Shown piece after piece: positions 62,290 through 64,000 of a stretch of DNA of 64,000 nucleotides (position 1 is the first letter of the stretch; each line of letters opens with the position of its first letter). Origin of the DNA: Tubiluchus corallicola (lineage: Eukaryota; Animalia; Priapulida); NCBI GenBank assembly GCA_030141605.1, contig JAQGDQ010000332.1:124001-188000 (forward strand), given 5' to 3'. Under the pieces are notes generated by a model, which was given only the letters and a program-made list of their open reading frames with translations, was not told the DNA's origin and did no database searches. The translations under genes were made by a program, and so were the position numbers.

Positions 62290-63551
62290 GTAAGCTACGT
62301 ACATTTCGGTGTTTTAAAGCTTCAAAATTTATTATATGCTGCATTTCAGCGCTGCAAGATTCGCCTTCAGGACACTGTGGAAAAGGTTCTTCTAGAAGCT
62401 TCTTTTTCCGTTGATCAGTATTTTAAGAGAAACGTGTAAACGTGTAAATATTTGATATTAGAAAACGGTTACGACAAAACCAAAACTAAAGATTGTGCAA
62501 GTGTAATGTAATTTAATGTAATGTAAGGTAAAGTTGTAAAGTAATGTAACAGAATTCGCCATGCTTGGCTGCTTAGAAATTACTCTCCAACTCAATGAAA
62601 TCTGTTATTCCATAATTTGATCTTGGAATAACTTTTAAAAAATATGTTTAAAGCTCATAAGTGTTAGTTTCATAGAATGTGCCACGTATTTTGTTTAAGT
62701 GAAATCTGATGCTTGACAAACTAAGAATTGCATTTTGTTTCAATCAAATCAGGGCTTGTCACTTTTGGATCCGTGATCCATAGGTCATGGATAAATGTTC
62801 ATAGTTCATTGTTGTAGAAAAACAAAACACTTTATATTTGTTAACGTGTAATGAACTAGGAAATTGTTTTCGAGGTATTGTACGCCTCCTTGTTAGGGAA
62901 AGCTGCCAATCTATTGCTTTCCAGCGAATTTATCAAGACAGAACCTCTATAGAATAGATTCGCACATTTGGGGGTTAAAAGAAAAGCTGGTACATTTAAG
63001 CTAATATGCAGTATCAGCTGGCAGCGTGATGATAGCAACGAGCAAACTAACAAGCTACAATTAGGATACGTAACAGCTTATTTTGCTAATCAGTTTCAGC
63101 AAAGTAATTGCAACAAAATGCTAAGTCTTCGTCATACTTATATTATTGATGTAATCATATAAATGTCATGTGATCTTGCTAGAATAAATAACATGTATTA
63201 ATGTCATGCTGGTAAAGCCTGACTTTGACAGAGATAATTAGCCGCATAAGAACAAAATAATCAGTCACTACGCAGCACATGTCACTATTGAGAGCAGTCA
63301 AGACTACAGCTGCTATTTATTTGTTAATTCTGACAGCAAAAAAATCAAAAGGCCATCTGGCATTAACAGATTATAGGTAAGAAACACAACACAATTAAAA
63401 TGGGACTGTCATCGAGGTCCTGTTAATTCCAGGTTGCGGATTTCAAGAAAAATTAAAGTTTCCAAAAAAATCAGGCTTATTACAATGTTGGACGAGAAAA
63501 ATGCTCAAAAGCTTCAGCAATTAAAAACTTTGCGTCATTAATAAATTCGCT

Positions 63552-64000
63552 TTAAAGTGCCACCTAGGTCCGTTCATTTTGAAAGAATGGTGACTAATAC
63601 AAAAAAGCAGCATATACTAGTTGGGTCAAAAATCTCAGTGCCATGAACATTGTAAGCTACAATGTTTTAGTGATTGATTTGACATTTATAAACCCTTTAT
63701 AAAATATTTATCAACAAAAATGGAGTCTGTTTTCAATAGAGCGCCAAATCCAATATAGCTGCCAGCATCATTAGCTTTTGAACTATGGCACGTTGAATCA
63801 TATTGTAAAAGTGCTCCTTTTTATGTCAGTCAGCAACGATGATTCGGACTCTGAGTTTTATGTTGTGACATCATTTTCAACCTCGAAATCCAAGATGGTC
63901 GTTATTTCCTGAGCGTAAATCTAGGTTTAAATTGAAAAAGGAAGTTTGTGGATTTTACATTGACACTTTTGTCAATGTAAGGAAGAAGAAAAAGTTCATA
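63552..64000. mobile_element. Possible left end of a Kolobok/T2-type element
   Basis: TTAA followed by AGTGCCACCTAGG, with an internal CAAGATGG motif. The partner TIR is not in the window. Confidence 0.2.

Overview
This is AT-rich, repeat-laden invertebrate animal DNA with spliceosomal introns and a TTAGGG-type repeat. It contains two host genes, arranged head-to-head about 11.7 kb apart. The first is the 5' part of a secreted Thr/Ser/Glu-rich mucin-like protein with 44-aa tandem repeats on the minus strand (ATG at 1343, running off the window start). The second is the first eight coding exons (about 433 codons: signal peptide plus Venus-flytrap domain) of a divergent GABA-B-receptor-like class C GPCR on the plus strand (13047 to beyond 62289). 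It has a textbook BREu-TATA-Inr core promoter near 12400. The rest is transposon-derived: an intact near-full-length RTE LINE nested in a Harbinger-like MITE, a CR1 fragment nested in a decayed L2/Crack-type LINE, an RLE-type (HERO/NeSL-like) LINE remnant, two hAT MITEs, palindromic elements with tRNA-like arms, SINE fragments, satellites and local duplications. The most notable signals are: an HDV-like ribozyme fold at the RTE 5' end, clipped by 4 nt; foldback elements carrying back-to-back tRNA-like units; a receptor lacking three canonical GABA-contact residues; and a templated-inversion junction in a tandem duplication. All calls come from reading by eye, with no database searches.
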